From Pseudomonadota bacterium (GTDB taxonomy: Bacteria; Pseudomonadota; Alphaproteobacteria; Rhizobiales; Xanthobacteraceae), in the NCBI GenBank assembly GCA_023390955.1, contig JAEWBW010000123.1, positions 1 through 53,645 of the forward strand: a stretch of 53,645 nucleotides of DNA. Reading direction: 5' to 3'. Of this stretch, positions 10,569-19,978 are shown piece after piece. Under the pieces are notes generated by a model. It had not been told where the DNA came from. It ran no database searches and saw nothing but the letters and a program-made list of their open reading frames with translations. A program made the translations under genes and the position numbers. Position 1 is the first letter of the stretch; each line of letters begins with the position of its first letter.

Positions 10569-12475
10569 ACCATCGCGCCCTGGAGCGTCGCAATCTTGCG
10601 TGCGCTGCAGGGGCGCTGGCGTTACTGCTGCTCGCCGCATTCGGTCCCGCGCGGGCCGAGCAGGCCGAAACCGCCGGCATCCGCGTCGGCTTCGCGTTAT
10701 CAGCGCCGAAGCCCGATCAGCCGCTGACCGCCGGGCGTGATGCGGCGTTCGCCTTCACGCTCACCACCGGCAGGAACGATGCGCCGCTGCGTGGCGCGAA
10801 ACCTGCGGCGTGGCTGGTGCCGCATGTTCCGGGCACGCCTCTCGATGCGCGGCAATGCCGGCGTCTCGCGGCGAGTTTCGTGCGCGGCGCGAGCCTCGCC
10901 ATTCCAGCACTCGATCTCAACACCTTCTACATCCTTGCGCTGGGGGCCGATGCCACCGTCTCGGTGATCGATCCCCGCATCGGCTTTGGCGGCTCGCGCC
11001 TGATCGGGCTTGCGACCTATGACGCCACTGGCACCGATTGGGCGCTCACGGCGGACCAGTCGACGCTTGCGGTGGCGCAACCCTCGATCGGCCGGATCGC
11101 ACTGGTCGACACCCGCGACTGGAGCATCAGGGCCGCGATCGAGCTGCCGGGAACGTCGCGCCTGGCGCTGATCCCCGGCGGCAATCTGCTGCTGGCCTCC
11201 TATCGTATTGCCTCCGGCGGGAACGAGGCCGAGAGCGGCGTCGCTATCGTCGATCTCGCCAACCCCGCTGCATCTCCCCGGCGCATCGCCACCGGCGGTG
11301 GCGAGCACGATATTGCCGTCGACGCGCAAGGCCAGTTCGCCTTCGTCAGCAATGCTGCCGCCGACACCGTGAGCGTGATCGACCTGTCGACCCGGCAAAT
11401 CGTGCGCACGATGCCGACGGGCAACCAGCCGCGAGCGCTGGCCTATTCCGTGCTGGCGCAGCGCGCCTATGCCGCGGCCGAGGACGGCCGCATCACCGGG
11501 ATCAGTGCATCGGCATCCGTTGCCGGCGCCGATGTCGCCGGACCGGCAAAGATCACCGCGCTTCGCTTCGCGCCGGGCGGCCGTTTTCTGATCGCCGCGA
11601 GCCCCGACGCCGGCCAGGTCGTCGTGATCGATACCGCGACCGATCGGATCGTGCAGCGCATCGAGCTCGCCGGTCAGCCCGACGCCATCGGTTTCTCCGA
11701 TCATCTGATGTATGTGCGGCGGCGGGCCAGCGAGTTCGTCGATGCGTTCCCGCTCGACCAGATCGGTGTCGAGGGCCGCGTGCCCAGCGCGGTCAGCGTC
11801 GGCATCGGACAATTGGCGCTCGGCGCGGTCAGCGCGCCCTCGCGCGCCGACATCATGGCCCCTGTACCCGCCGGCGACGGCATCGTGATCGCCAATCCCG
11901 GCGAGCGCATCATCTATCACTATCGCGAGGGCATGGCCGCACCATCGGGCAGCTTCTCCACCTATGGCCGCGAACCGCGCGCGGTGCAGATCCTCGACCG
12001 CCGTCTGCGCGAGGTCGAGCCCGGCGTTTATCGCACCATCGCGCGGCTGCCGCGTGCGGGCCAATACGACGTGGTGTTCTACACCGAGGCACCGCGGATG
12101 GTGCAATGCTTCGAGGCGCGCATCGATCACGAGACCGCCGGCGGCGACGAGACCGCGCGCACGCCCGTCGTGACTGACCTGGCGCTGCAGGGGCAGGCGC
12201 GCGCGGGCGAGCCGCTCGCACTGCAATTCCGCCTCGTCGATGCGCAGACCGGGCTGCCGGTCGACAGCGTCCGTGACGCGCGCGTCGTCAGCTTCGCCAT
12301 TCCCGGCACCAACGCGGCGCGCAGCGCGGCGCGGCCGCTCGGCGATGGCGCCTATCGGGCCGACCTCAGCGTGCCGGTGGCCGGAAATTACTACGTGTTC
12401 GTGGAGGCGCCGTCCGTTGCACTGGCGCCGGTTGCGGGACGGCTTTTGGCGGTCGCGCCCGCAAGCGCGCCGTGA
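10565..12475 (+). CDS. YncE/YVTN-type beta-propeller protein, secreted
   Basis: Signal peptide; repeated TVSVID/VVVIDT blades, FAFVSNAAADTVSVIDL; ATGA overlap with the oxidase gene. Confidence 0.8.
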   Translation: MNHRALERRNLACAAGALALLLLAAFGPARAEQAETAGIRVGFALSAPKPDQPLTAGRDAAFAFTLTTGRNDAPLRGAKPAAWLVPHVPGTPLDARQCRRLAASFVRGASLAIPALDLNTFYILALGADATVSVIDPRIGFGGSRLIGLATYDATGTDWALTADQSTLAVAQPSIGRIALVDTRDWSIRAAIELPGTSRLALIPGGNLLLASYRIASGGNEAESGVAIVDLANPAASPRRIATGGGEHDIAVDAQGQFAFVSNAAADTVSVIDLSTRQIVRTMPTGNQPRALAYSVLAQRAYAAAEDGRITGISASASVAGADVAGPAKITALRFAPGGRFLIAASPDAGQVVVIDTATDRIVQRIELAGQPDAIGFSDHLMYVRRRASEFVDAFPLDQIGVEGRVPSAVSVGIGQLALGAVSAPSRADIMAPVPAGDGIVIANPGERIIYHYREGMAAPSGSFSTYGREPRAVQILDRRLREVEPGVYRTIARLPRAGQYDVVFYTEAPRMVQCFEARIDHETAGGDETARTPVVTDLALQGQARAGEPLALQFRLVDAQTGLPVDSVRDARVVSFAIPGTNAARSAARPLGDGAYRADLSVPVAGNYYVFVEAPSVALAPVAGRLLAVAPASAP

Positions 12476-12502
12476 ATCCCTAATTCGACAAAGGAGGCCA
12501 GC

Positions 12503-15500
12503 ATGGCGCAGATCGACACCGGCAAAATCGCATCCTGCAAGATCTATCCGGGCCTCGGCATCGCGCGGATCGGCAACAGCCCGACCGAATTCTTCATCGG
12601 CCCGGAAACGCCGGGCCAGGTCATGTCGCCTGCCAACGGCTTCAAGGACAGCGCAGGGCGGATCAAGCGGCAGGCCGCGCGCTTCCGCATCTACGCCTTC
12701 GACAAGGCCGGCGTCTGCCTCGGCGAGCTGCTCGCGGACGACGACATCAAGATCACCTGGACTGTGCATCTAGCCAACGCCAAGGCGAGCTACAACACCT
12801 TTCTCGGCCGGTTCTGGCAGAGCCAGTACCCGAACTTCTACAAGTACAATCCGAACGAGACGCCGCTGCGCAATCAGGAGATCATGGATCCCGCACAGCG
12901 CAAGAAATTGCTGGTGATCGATCCCGGTCCGCGCTCGATAAAGGCCGGCGATAGTCCGGTCGAGTTCGACACCGGCACGTTCGGGCCGCTGCCCTATTCC
13001 GACAACGGGCCGGGCGGCGCGCCGCTGGCAGGCTCGCGCGACGGCTGGTGGAATTGCCCGACCAAGGATCGGCTGCCCGCGCCGGTGAAGATGTCTGCCA
13101 AGGAGACGGTCGCGCTCGGTACGCTCCGGGTCGACGACAGCGGCCGGCTGCTGGTCCTCGGCGGCTACGGCCGCAGCGAGTCCTTGATCCCCGACAATCC
13201 CGTCGGCCTGCTGATGGACAACAACTACTACGCCAACAACGACTATTGGTTCGACGATACGTCGGACGGTCCGGTCAATGCAGAAGTCCGCATCGGCGGC
13301 AAGGCGGTCACAGTTGATGGCGGCGCCTGGGTGATCGTGGCGCCGCCGAAATACGCCGCTGACGCGCAGATGCCGACCACGCTCTACGACACTGCGATGG
13401 AGACCTGGGAGAAGAAGCAGAACGGCGGCAAGCTGCCCGAGCGCAAGGTGTCGTTCGCGCGCGACATCTATCCGATCCTGGCGCGGCTATCAGGCATCAC
13501 CTGGCTCAACCGCACCGTCTACGAGCATCACGGCGCCAACACCAACAACGACTTCGCCAATGTGCATAGCCGCCTGTTCGCGCTGCTGCACACCAAGCAG
13601 AAGAGCGAGGAGGTGGAGGCGGCGAACGCGCGTCAGCACATTTTTGGCCGCCTGCGTCCGCCAGGCCTCGTGGCCGCGACACCGCAGGCAAAGGACACGC
13701 CCGAAAGCCTGCCTTACGCCAGCTACCGCTTCATGCCGCAAATGTCGGGTGATGGCGGCGAGCCGCAGACGCCGGAGGATATCCCGGGCACGCCGCTCAA
13801 TGCAGGCGAGATCAACGACAAGGTCTACGACTGCGCCACCGGCCAGGACTGGCCGGTAACCCCGCCGACGGTGCCGATCCCCGGCGGCTATTACGTCACC
13901 TGGCTGACGCTGTCGGACCGCCAGTACGGCAACATGAAGGCCTGGGCCAAGGGCGAGTTCGACGACGACTGGAAGGGCGTGCCGCAGCCGGTGCCGTTCG
14001 ATCGCATTGCGGTCGCACAGCAGCCCGATGCGCTCAATCGCGCGGCCCTTGAGCCGTGCATCGGCGCGCCGTTCTATCCCGGCATCGAGATCACCTATAT
14101 CGCCACCGACCCGGCGCTGTGGTCCGGCCCTTGCCGGATCGACGCCAAGACCAATGGACCCGGCGCGATCACACGGCACATGGCGATGCCGTGGCAGGCC
14201 GATTTCAGCGAGTGCAACACCAATTGGTGGCCGACGGCACGGCCCGACGACGTCATTCCTGAAGAAGAGCTCGACAAGGTCTCGGCCAATTTCAGCGAGG
14301 CGAGCGAGGGCACCCTGGCGCGCGCGCTGTCGGTGCGGCTGCCATGGGCTCGCGGCATCCCGTCGGTCTCGCCGGCGCTCGACAATGCGATGATCAAGGC
14401 CTGGTCGCATTTCGGCTTCGTGGTGAAGCGCGAGGTCAAGGGCGAGACGCTCTATGTCGAGAGCGAACGCTCGCCCTATTTCGGCAGTAGCGAGCGCGAC
14501 TTCTTCTATTACCTGATGAACATCGACGCCTATCCGGACTTCGTGCCGCGCGCGCACCAGCTGGTGCATCAATATCTGGCGCAGGGCCGCCAGAACATGC
14601 AGGACGCCGATCCCGACGAGGTCTGGAGCTTCTATCCCTTCAGCCAGGCGGCGTTCGATGCGCGGATGGAGCAGATCTACGCCAACTTCGTCCGCGACAA
14701 CCAGACCACATCGAACCCGAACCTGCTCAGCGACAACCGCACGCCGGGCGAGCCCGCGTCCAAGGGCTTCCAGCCCGCGACCTACCTTGCGAGCAGCTCG
14801 CGTGACCAGCAGGCCTATCAGCTGCTGCAGATGGGACCGTTCAACCAGCTCGACGGCGCCTGGCTGCGGCGGGCGATCCCGGACGGGCCGGTCGACGAGG
14901 TCGGCGAGCTGCTGGCGCAGATCCGCCAGGATGAGCTCGGCGACGGCGTCACCGCGCAGAACCACTCCAACGTCTACACGGATCTGCTCAAGAGCCTGAA
15001 CTTCTATCTGCCGGACCTCTACACGCGGGCCTATGCCGACGATCCGCGCCTGCTCGACGAAGCCTTCACCCAGCCGTGCTTCCTGCTGGCGATCTCGCAG
15101 TTCGACGACGAGTTCCTGCCCGAGATCCTCGGCATGACGCTCTATCTCGAATGGTCGTCGATCGGCCTGATGTCGACCGTGAACCAATTGAAGGCGTTCG
15201 ACATCAACCCGCTGTACTATTCGCTGCATGTCGGCATCGACAACGCCTCCGCCGGCCATGGCGCGCTGGCCAAGCGCGCCGTCGAGATCTATCTCGACCG
15301 CGTCAGGGCCAACGAAGGTCCAGGCCCGATGCAGAAGGCGTGGGAGCGGATCTGGACCGGCTATGTCACTTTCGGCACGCTCGGCAATCTGTTCGAGGCC
15401 ATCGCCAACCACTTCCAGAGCATGCAGAGCCTGGATGCGCAGGTGCAGGCGCTGATCGTCGCCAAGGCGCCGTTCGCGAGCCAGACCCATGGCCAGAAGA

Positions 15501-16198
15501 CGCTCGGCACCGCCGCCATCAACGACTGGTTCCTGGATCCGCCGGGCTTCATGAACCAGCTTGTAGAGTCCGGGCTCATCGTTGCCGGTCGCCCGGAGAT
15601 CAGCCCGTTCTTCCAGCTGCTCTCCTTCAACGGGCCGATGTACCACGTCTTCACCGAGGACGAGGAGATCCTGCTGCGCGACTGGTGCTTCTCGCTCGCC
15701 AACGCCAAGAAGCCACCGCAGCTGACGCTGCTCGAGGCCATGAACTACGTCATCGACACGCTGCGCCAGCGTCAGGTCGGGCAGACCGGCCACAATGTGC
15801 GGATGACCGGACCCGATCCCGACAACAAGAAGGGCGCAGCCCGGACCGAGTCGGTGCATTGGTGGTTCGACAAGGGCAACCTCCCGCTGCTGTCGGCGCT
15901 CGCCAATCCCGACAATGGCTGGGTCGTGCCGTTCGATTCCGTCGCGAGCCCGATCATGCAGAGCCTGCTCGCCGGCAACGGTGCGATGGCCACCGACTTC
16001 CGCTCCATCGTGCCCGATACCGGGGGGCAGACCTGCGGCAACGTGTTTGCGCACTGGATCGATCAGGGCTGCCCGCTCGAAGAGGCGAAGCTGATGGCAA
16101 TGGCGGTGGCGCGTCCGGTGCGCAAGGCGCCCGTCGCGCCGCACCGGATCTATCACCGCAAGGACGGCAAGGTGTTCGGCATGGGCACGCCGCATTGA
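12503..16198 (+). CDS. LodA/GoxA-family CTQ-dependent oxidase fused to a heme-oxygenase-like diiron (iron-containing redox enzyme) domain
   Basis: LodA motifs IYPGLGIARIGNS, IKRQAARFRIY, WFDDTSDGPV, FYPGIE, MAMPWQADFSEC...WWPTARPD; C-terminal half has DGAWL, DELG...NH, YLEW, LHVGIDNASAGH; RBS AGGAGG. Confidence 0.88.
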   Translation: MAQIDTGKIASCKIYPGLGIARIGNSPTEFFIGPETPGQVMSPANGFKDSAGRIKRQAARFRIYAFDKAGVCLGELLADDDIKITWTVHLANAKASYNTFLGRFWQSQYPNFYKYNPNETPLRNQEIMDPAQRKKLLVIDPGPRSIKAGDSPVEFDTGTFGPLPYSDNGPGGAPLAGSRDGWWNCPTKDRLPAPVKMSAKETVALGTLRVDDSGRLLVLGGYGRSESLIPDNPVGLLMDNNYYANNDYWFDDTSDGPVNAEVRIGGKAVTVDGGAWVIVAPPKYAADAQMPTTLYDTAMETWEKKQNGGKLPERKVSFARDIYPILARLSGITWLNRTVYEHHGANTNNDFANVHSRLFALLHTKQKSEEVEAANARQHIFGRLRPPGLVAATPQAKDTPESLPYASYRFMPQMSGDGGEPQTPEDIPGTPLNAGEINDKVYDCATGQDWPVTPPTVPIPGGYYVTWLTLSDRQYGNMKAWAKGEFDDDWKGVPQPVPFDRIAVAQQPDALNRAALEPCIGAPFYPGIEITYIATDPALWSGPCRIDAKTNGPGAITRHMAMPWQADFSECNTNWWPTARPDDVIPEEELDKVSANFSEASEGTLARALSVRLPWARGIPSVSPALDNAMIKAWSHFGFVVKREVKGETLYVESERSPYFGSSERDFFYYLMNIDAYPDFVPRAHQLVHQYLAQGRQNMQDADPDEVWSFYPFSQAAFDARMEQIYANFVRDNQTTSNPNLLSDNRTPGEPASKGFQPATYLASSSRDQQAYQLLQMGPFNQLDGAWLRRAIPDGPVDEVGELLAQIRQDELGDGVTAQNHSNVYTDLLKSLNFYLPDLYTRAYADDPRLLDEAFTQPCFLLAISQFDDEFLPEILGMTLYLEWSSIGLMSTVNQLKAFDINPLYYSLHVGIDNASAGHGALAKRAVEIYLDRVRANEGPGPMQKAWERIWTGYVTFGTLGNLFEAIANHFQSMQSLDAQVQALIVAKAPFASQTHGQKTLGTAAINDWFLDPPGFMNQLVESGLIVAGRPEISPFFQLLSFNGPMYHVFTEDEEILLRDWCFSLANAKKPPQLTLLEAMNYVIDTLRQRQVGQTGHNVRMTGPDPDNKKGAARTESVHWWFDKGNLPLLSALANPDNGWVVPFDSVASPIMQSLLAGNGAMATDFRSIVPDTGGQTCGNVFAHWIDQGCPLEEAKLMAMAVARPVRKAPVAPHRIYHRKDGKVFGMGTPH

Positions 16199-16210
16199 GC
16201 GAGGAGTGAG

Positions 16211-17338
16211 ATGCGATCCGACGCAGCTTGGCCGCTGACGATTGACGTCGCGATCGTCGGCGCTGGTCCGGCCGGCGCCGCCGCGGCGCTGATGATGGCG
16301 CGCGCCGGCGTCGCGGTCGCGCTGTTCGATGCCGGCCGGCCGCGGCTCGCGGTCGGCGAGACGTTGCCGCCGGCTTCAAAGCCCGCGCTTCACGCGCTGG
16401 GCCTCGCGGCGGCGATGGCGGGCGAGGGGCATCTGCCGTCGGTCGGAAGCTGGTCGGCCTGGGGCGGCGCCGAACCTTTTGGCCGCGACTTTGTGTTCAA
16501 CCGCTTTGGCCATGGCTGGCATCTCGATCGCCGCCGCTTTGATGCGCTGCTGCGTGCGTCGGCCCAGGCCGCGGGTGCGCGCGTGGTGTCGTCGACAGCG
16601 GTCGTTGCGTCCGATGCGCGCACGGGCGGCGGCTTTCATCTGCATCTCACCGGCGGCCGCAAGATCGCTGCTCAGATCGTCCTTGACGCCAGCGGCCGCG
16701 CCGCGAGCTTTGCGCGCCAGCGCGGTGTCAGGCGCCACGCCATCGACCGCATGGTCGCGCTGGTCGGCTACGTCGCGCGGCGCCCCGATGCCGCGGCGGA
16801 GCCGGCCGCAACGCTGGTCGAGGCGGTGCCGGAGGGGTGGTGGTACTCCGCGCCATTGCCGCAGGATCGTCTCGCCACCGTATTCATGACCGACGCTGAT
16901 CTCGCAAAGGGCGCGGCGACGTCAGCAGAGCCGTGGCTCGACCGGCTCGCTGCCGCAGAGTACACAGCGGCGCGCGCGCTACGCTACGGCGTCGGGCTCG
17001 CCGGTCCACCGTCGATCGTGGCCGCAGCAAGCAGCCGGCTGGAACGGTTTGGCGATGCCGACTGGCTCGCGCTTGGCGACGCCGCCGCAAGCCAGGATCC
17101 GCTGTCCTCGGAAGGCATTTTGGTGGCGATGCAGAGCGGCATCGACGGCGCGGCGGCGACCATGCGCGCGCTCGGCGGCGACCGCGAGGCACTGCCGGCT
17201 GCGGCGCAGCGGCGCGAAGTTGCCTGGCAAAACTACCTCGCGCAGCGCGCGGACAATTACGCGATGGAGCGACGCTTTCAGGACGCACCGTTCTGGCAGC
17301 GGCGGCGCGCGCAGGGTGAACGAAGGAGCGTTGCATGA
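16211..17338 (+). CDS. LodB/GoxB-like FAD-dependent oxidoreductase (probable CTQ maturation flavoprotein)
   Basis: GAGPAG Rossmann motif, VGETLPP, GWHLDRRRFD, DASGR, GWWYSAPLP, GDAAASQDPLSSEG; directly follows the lodA-like gene. Confidence 0.85.
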   Translation: MRSDAAWPLTIDVAIVGAGPAGAAAALMMARAGVAVALFDAGRPRLAVGETLPPASKPALHALGLAAAMAGEGHLPSVGSWSAWGGAEPFGRDFVFNRFGHGWHLDRRRFDALLRASAQAAGARVVSSTAVVASDARTGGGFHLHLTGGRKIAAQIVLDASGRAASFARQRGVRRHAIDRMVALVGYVARRPDAAAEPAATLVEAVPEGWWYSAPLPQDRLATVFMTDADLAKGAATSAEPWLDRLAAAEYTAARALRYGVGLAGPPSIVAAASSRLERFGDADWLALGDAAASQDPLSSEGILVAMQSGIDGAAATMRALGGDREALPAAAQRREVAWQNYLAQRADNYAMERRFQDAPFWQRRRAQGERRSVA

Positions 17339-18420
17339 GAAGCAGGATCGCCGCGAGCCTCGCCTTGCTGCTGTGCGCGGCCATGCCGCTGTCTGCGCAT
17401 GACGCGGCCCACATGAAATCCGCAAAGCCGGCGGTCTCGCAGCCCGCTGCGATCATCCCCGATATCCCGGTGCTCGACCAGAACGGCAAGAAGCTGAAAT
17501 TCTACAGCGACCTCGTGCGCGGGCGCACCGTGGCGATCGATTTCATCTACACCAATTGCACAGCCATCTGTCCGATGGTGACCTCGAACTTCCGGATGGT
17601 GCAGGACAAGCTCGCCGCGCGTATCGGCAAGGACGTCGAGCTGATCTCGATCTCGATCGATCCTGTCACCGACACGCCGGCAAAGCTGAAGGAGTTCAGC
17701 GCGCAGTTCGAGCCGGGCCCGGGCTGGACCTTCGTCACCGGCGCGCTGCCCGATATCGCAAAGCTGCTCGACAAGCTCGGCCAGCCGCTTGGCAAGCCCG
17801 AAGACCATGCGCAGGTGGTGCTGGTCCGCAACGACAAGGACGGCGGCTGGACCCATGTCGACGGCAACGATCCCGCGGCGGTCAGCGAAGCGCTGATCGG
17901 CGCCGCCGGTCCCGCGGCAAAAGTCGATGCCGCCGGCGCCGCGCGCGCCTACATGCAGAACCCGCTGCTCCTGACCCAGGACGGCCGCGAGGTGCGTTTC
18001 TTCGACGACATCCTGCGCGGCAAGATCGTGATGATCAATTTCGTCCTGACGACCTGCAAGGACACCTGTCCGATGGTGACGGCGAATTTGGCGCAGGTGC
18101 AGAGCCTGCTCGGCGACAAGGTCGGCGGCGCCATCACCATGATCTCGCTGTCGGTGGATCCGCAGCGCGATCAGCCGAAGGAGCTGAAGGCGTTCGCCGA
18201 CAATTTCGGCGTCAAGCCCGGCTGGTACTTTTTGACCGGAGCGCAGTCCGAGATCGAGCCGCTGCTGCGCCGGCTCGCCGCCTACACCACCGATCCGCTC
18301 GACCACTCCACCGTCGTGATCCTCGGCAATGTCGAGACCGGCGTCTGGACGAAGGCCTTCGGGATGGGCGAGCCTGCCGCAATCGCGCGCGCCGTGCTCG
18401 CGCTGCAATCGACGAAATGA
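17335..18420 (+). CDS. Tandem double SCO1/SenC-domain copper chaperone
   Basis: Signal peptide; two CxxxC motifs (CTAIC, CKDTC), each followed by S(I/V)DP and a conserved His (EDHA, LDHS). Confidence 0.9.
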   Translation: MRSRIAASLALLLCAAMPLSAHDAAHMKSAKPAVSQPAAIIPDIPVLDQNGKKLKFYSDLVRGRTVAIDFIYTNCTAICPMVTSNFRMVQDKLAARIGKDVELISISIDPVTDTPAKLKEFSAQFEPGPGWTFVTGALPDIAKLLDKLGQPLGKPEDHAQVVLVRNDKDGGWTHVDGNDPAAVSEALIGAAGPAAKVDAAGAARAYMQNPLLLTQDGREVRFFDDILRGKIVMINFVLTTCKDTCPMVTANLAQVQSLLGDKVGGAITMISLSVDPQRDQPKELKAFADNFGVKPGWYFLTGAQSEIEPLLRRLAAYTTDPLDHSTVVILGNVETGVWTKAFGMGEPAAIARAVLALQSTK

Positions 18421-18423
18421 GCG

Positions 18424-19830
18424 ATGCGCCGCGCGCTCTGGATTTGCGCTGTGCTTTTCCTCGCGACCTCGCCGGGAGCCGCCGACGCTGCGGCCTCCGG
18501 CCGCCGCATCTTTGTCAATGGCGGCGCGGCCGGCGACGTGATCGCGACCTTCGCCGGCACCGCGACGCGTCTGTCGCCGCGGTTGCGCCGCTGCGCCGGA
18601 TGTCACGGGCCGGACGGGCTCGGCAGCCGCGAGGGCGGCATCGACATTCCGCCGATCAATTGGCGCGCGCTCACGGCGCCGCGTGAGACGGCGCCCGCGC
18701 AGCCGGGCCGTCCGGCTTATGACGAGACCACGCTTCTGCGCGCGCTCGGGGAGGGGATCGATCCCGGCGGGCGTCCGCTCGTTGCCGGCATGCCGCGCTT
18801 TCATCTCGCGCCTGCGCAGGCGTCCGCGCTCATCGACTACATCCGCATCGTCGGCACCGACGCCGATCTCGCACCCGGCGTGACCGCGGACGAAATCCGC
18901 ATCGGCACGGTGCTGCCGCTGTCGGGGCCGGCGGCGTCATGGGGCCGTGCGATGCGCGATGGCCTCGCGCGCACGCTGACGGCGGCAGGCCCGATCTATG
19001 GCCGGCGGCTGCAGCTGGTCGCTGTCGATGCCGGCAATGACGCAGCGGCAGCTTTGCGTGCGCTGATGGCTGACGACCGCATCTTTGCGCTGCTCGGGAC
19101 CGTGCTGCCGGACAAACAGATCGAAGGGCTGGACGATGTGCCGGTGATCGCACCGCTGCAACCCGCCACCGCGTCAGCTACGCCAAGCCAGTTTCATCTG
19201 CTGGCAAGTGTCGAGGACCAGATGCGCGTCCTGGTCGACGCACTCGCCGACGAGATCGCGCATCCGATGCGGCTCGTCGTCGTCGGGCCGGAGGGTCTCG
19301 CGGCCGATGCCGTGATCGCGCAGGCGCGGCACCACGGCGCGAAGGTCGAGCGGCGTGCGACGGCTGACGATCCCGCCACACTGCTTCCGCCCGCAACGGC
19401 AAACTCTCCCGACGCCATCATCGTCCTGCCCGGCGCCGATCTCGGCCATCTCGCCGCAGGGCTATCCGATCGGCCAGGTACGTTCCTGCTCGCAGGCGCG
19501 GCCGAAGCGCTGCCGGTGGAAGCCGCAACCGATGCGCGGTTGCGGCTGGTGCTGCCGCTTGGCTTCGCCGGCACCTCGTCGCCGGATGCCCCGCCGCTGG
19601 CAGGCGCGGCGGCAGCCGTTCTCGTCGAGGGCTTGAAGCGCATGGGCGCGCGCGCCACCCGCACCGGCCTGATCTCCGCCATCGAGACGCTGCGCGATTT
19701 CGGGACCGGTGTGCTGCCGCCGCTCAGCTTCGGTCGCGGCCGGCATGTCGGCAGCGAGGCCAGCATCGTCATCCGCCCCAATCCCGGCCGCGGCATGATC
19801 ACGCTCGGAAGCTGGCGCACGCCGCGCTGA
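18424..19830 (+). CDS. Cytochrome c fused to a periplasmic binding protein-like domain
   Basis: CAGCH heme-binding motif, MPRF candidate axial Met, then GVTADEIRIGTVLPLSGPAA typical of type I binding proteins. Confidence 0.82.
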   Translation: MRRALWICAVLFLATSPGAADAAASGRRIFVNGGAAGDVIATFAGTATRLSPRLRRCAGCHGPDGLGSREGGIDIPPINWRALTAPRETAPAQPGRPAYDETTLLRALGEGIDPGGRPLVAGMPRFHLAPAQASALIDYIRIVGTDADLAPGVTADEIRIGTVLPLSGPAASWGRAMRDGLARTLTAAGPIYGRRLQLVAVDAGNDAAAALRALMADDRIFALLGTVLPDKQIEGLDDVPVIAPLQPATASATPSQFHLLASVEDQMRVLVDALADEIAHPMRLVVVGPEGLAADAVIAQARHHGAKVERRATADDPATLLPPATANSPDAIIVLPGADLGHLAAGLSDRPGTFLLAGAAEALPVEAATDARLRLVLPLGFAGTSSPDAPPLAGAAAAVLVEGLKRMGARATRTGLISAIETLRDFGTGVLPPLSFGRGRHVGSEASIVIRPNPGRGMITLGSWRTPR

Positions 19831-19978
19831 ACGCGGCATCACCACGACAATCACGATTTCGTCAGCACGTCTGCGACCGGCCGGGCCATTGACGGAGGCT
19901 CCGGATTGCTGCGAAAGGATGGGCCGGGAGCCGGTCCCGTCACGAGCCAATGCCTTTGCCTGCTTCCGGAATTGACCA

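Noticed and set aside
5508..16195. Very long antisense ORFs (5508-7781, 8097-10100, 10700-12769, 13490-16195)
   Set aside because: Shadow frames of GC3-rich real genes; no motifs of their own
16211..17338. Tryptophan halogenase
   Set aside because: Same flavoprotein superfamily, but GWWYSAP rather than WxWxIP and position after a lodA-like gene favour LodB/GoxB
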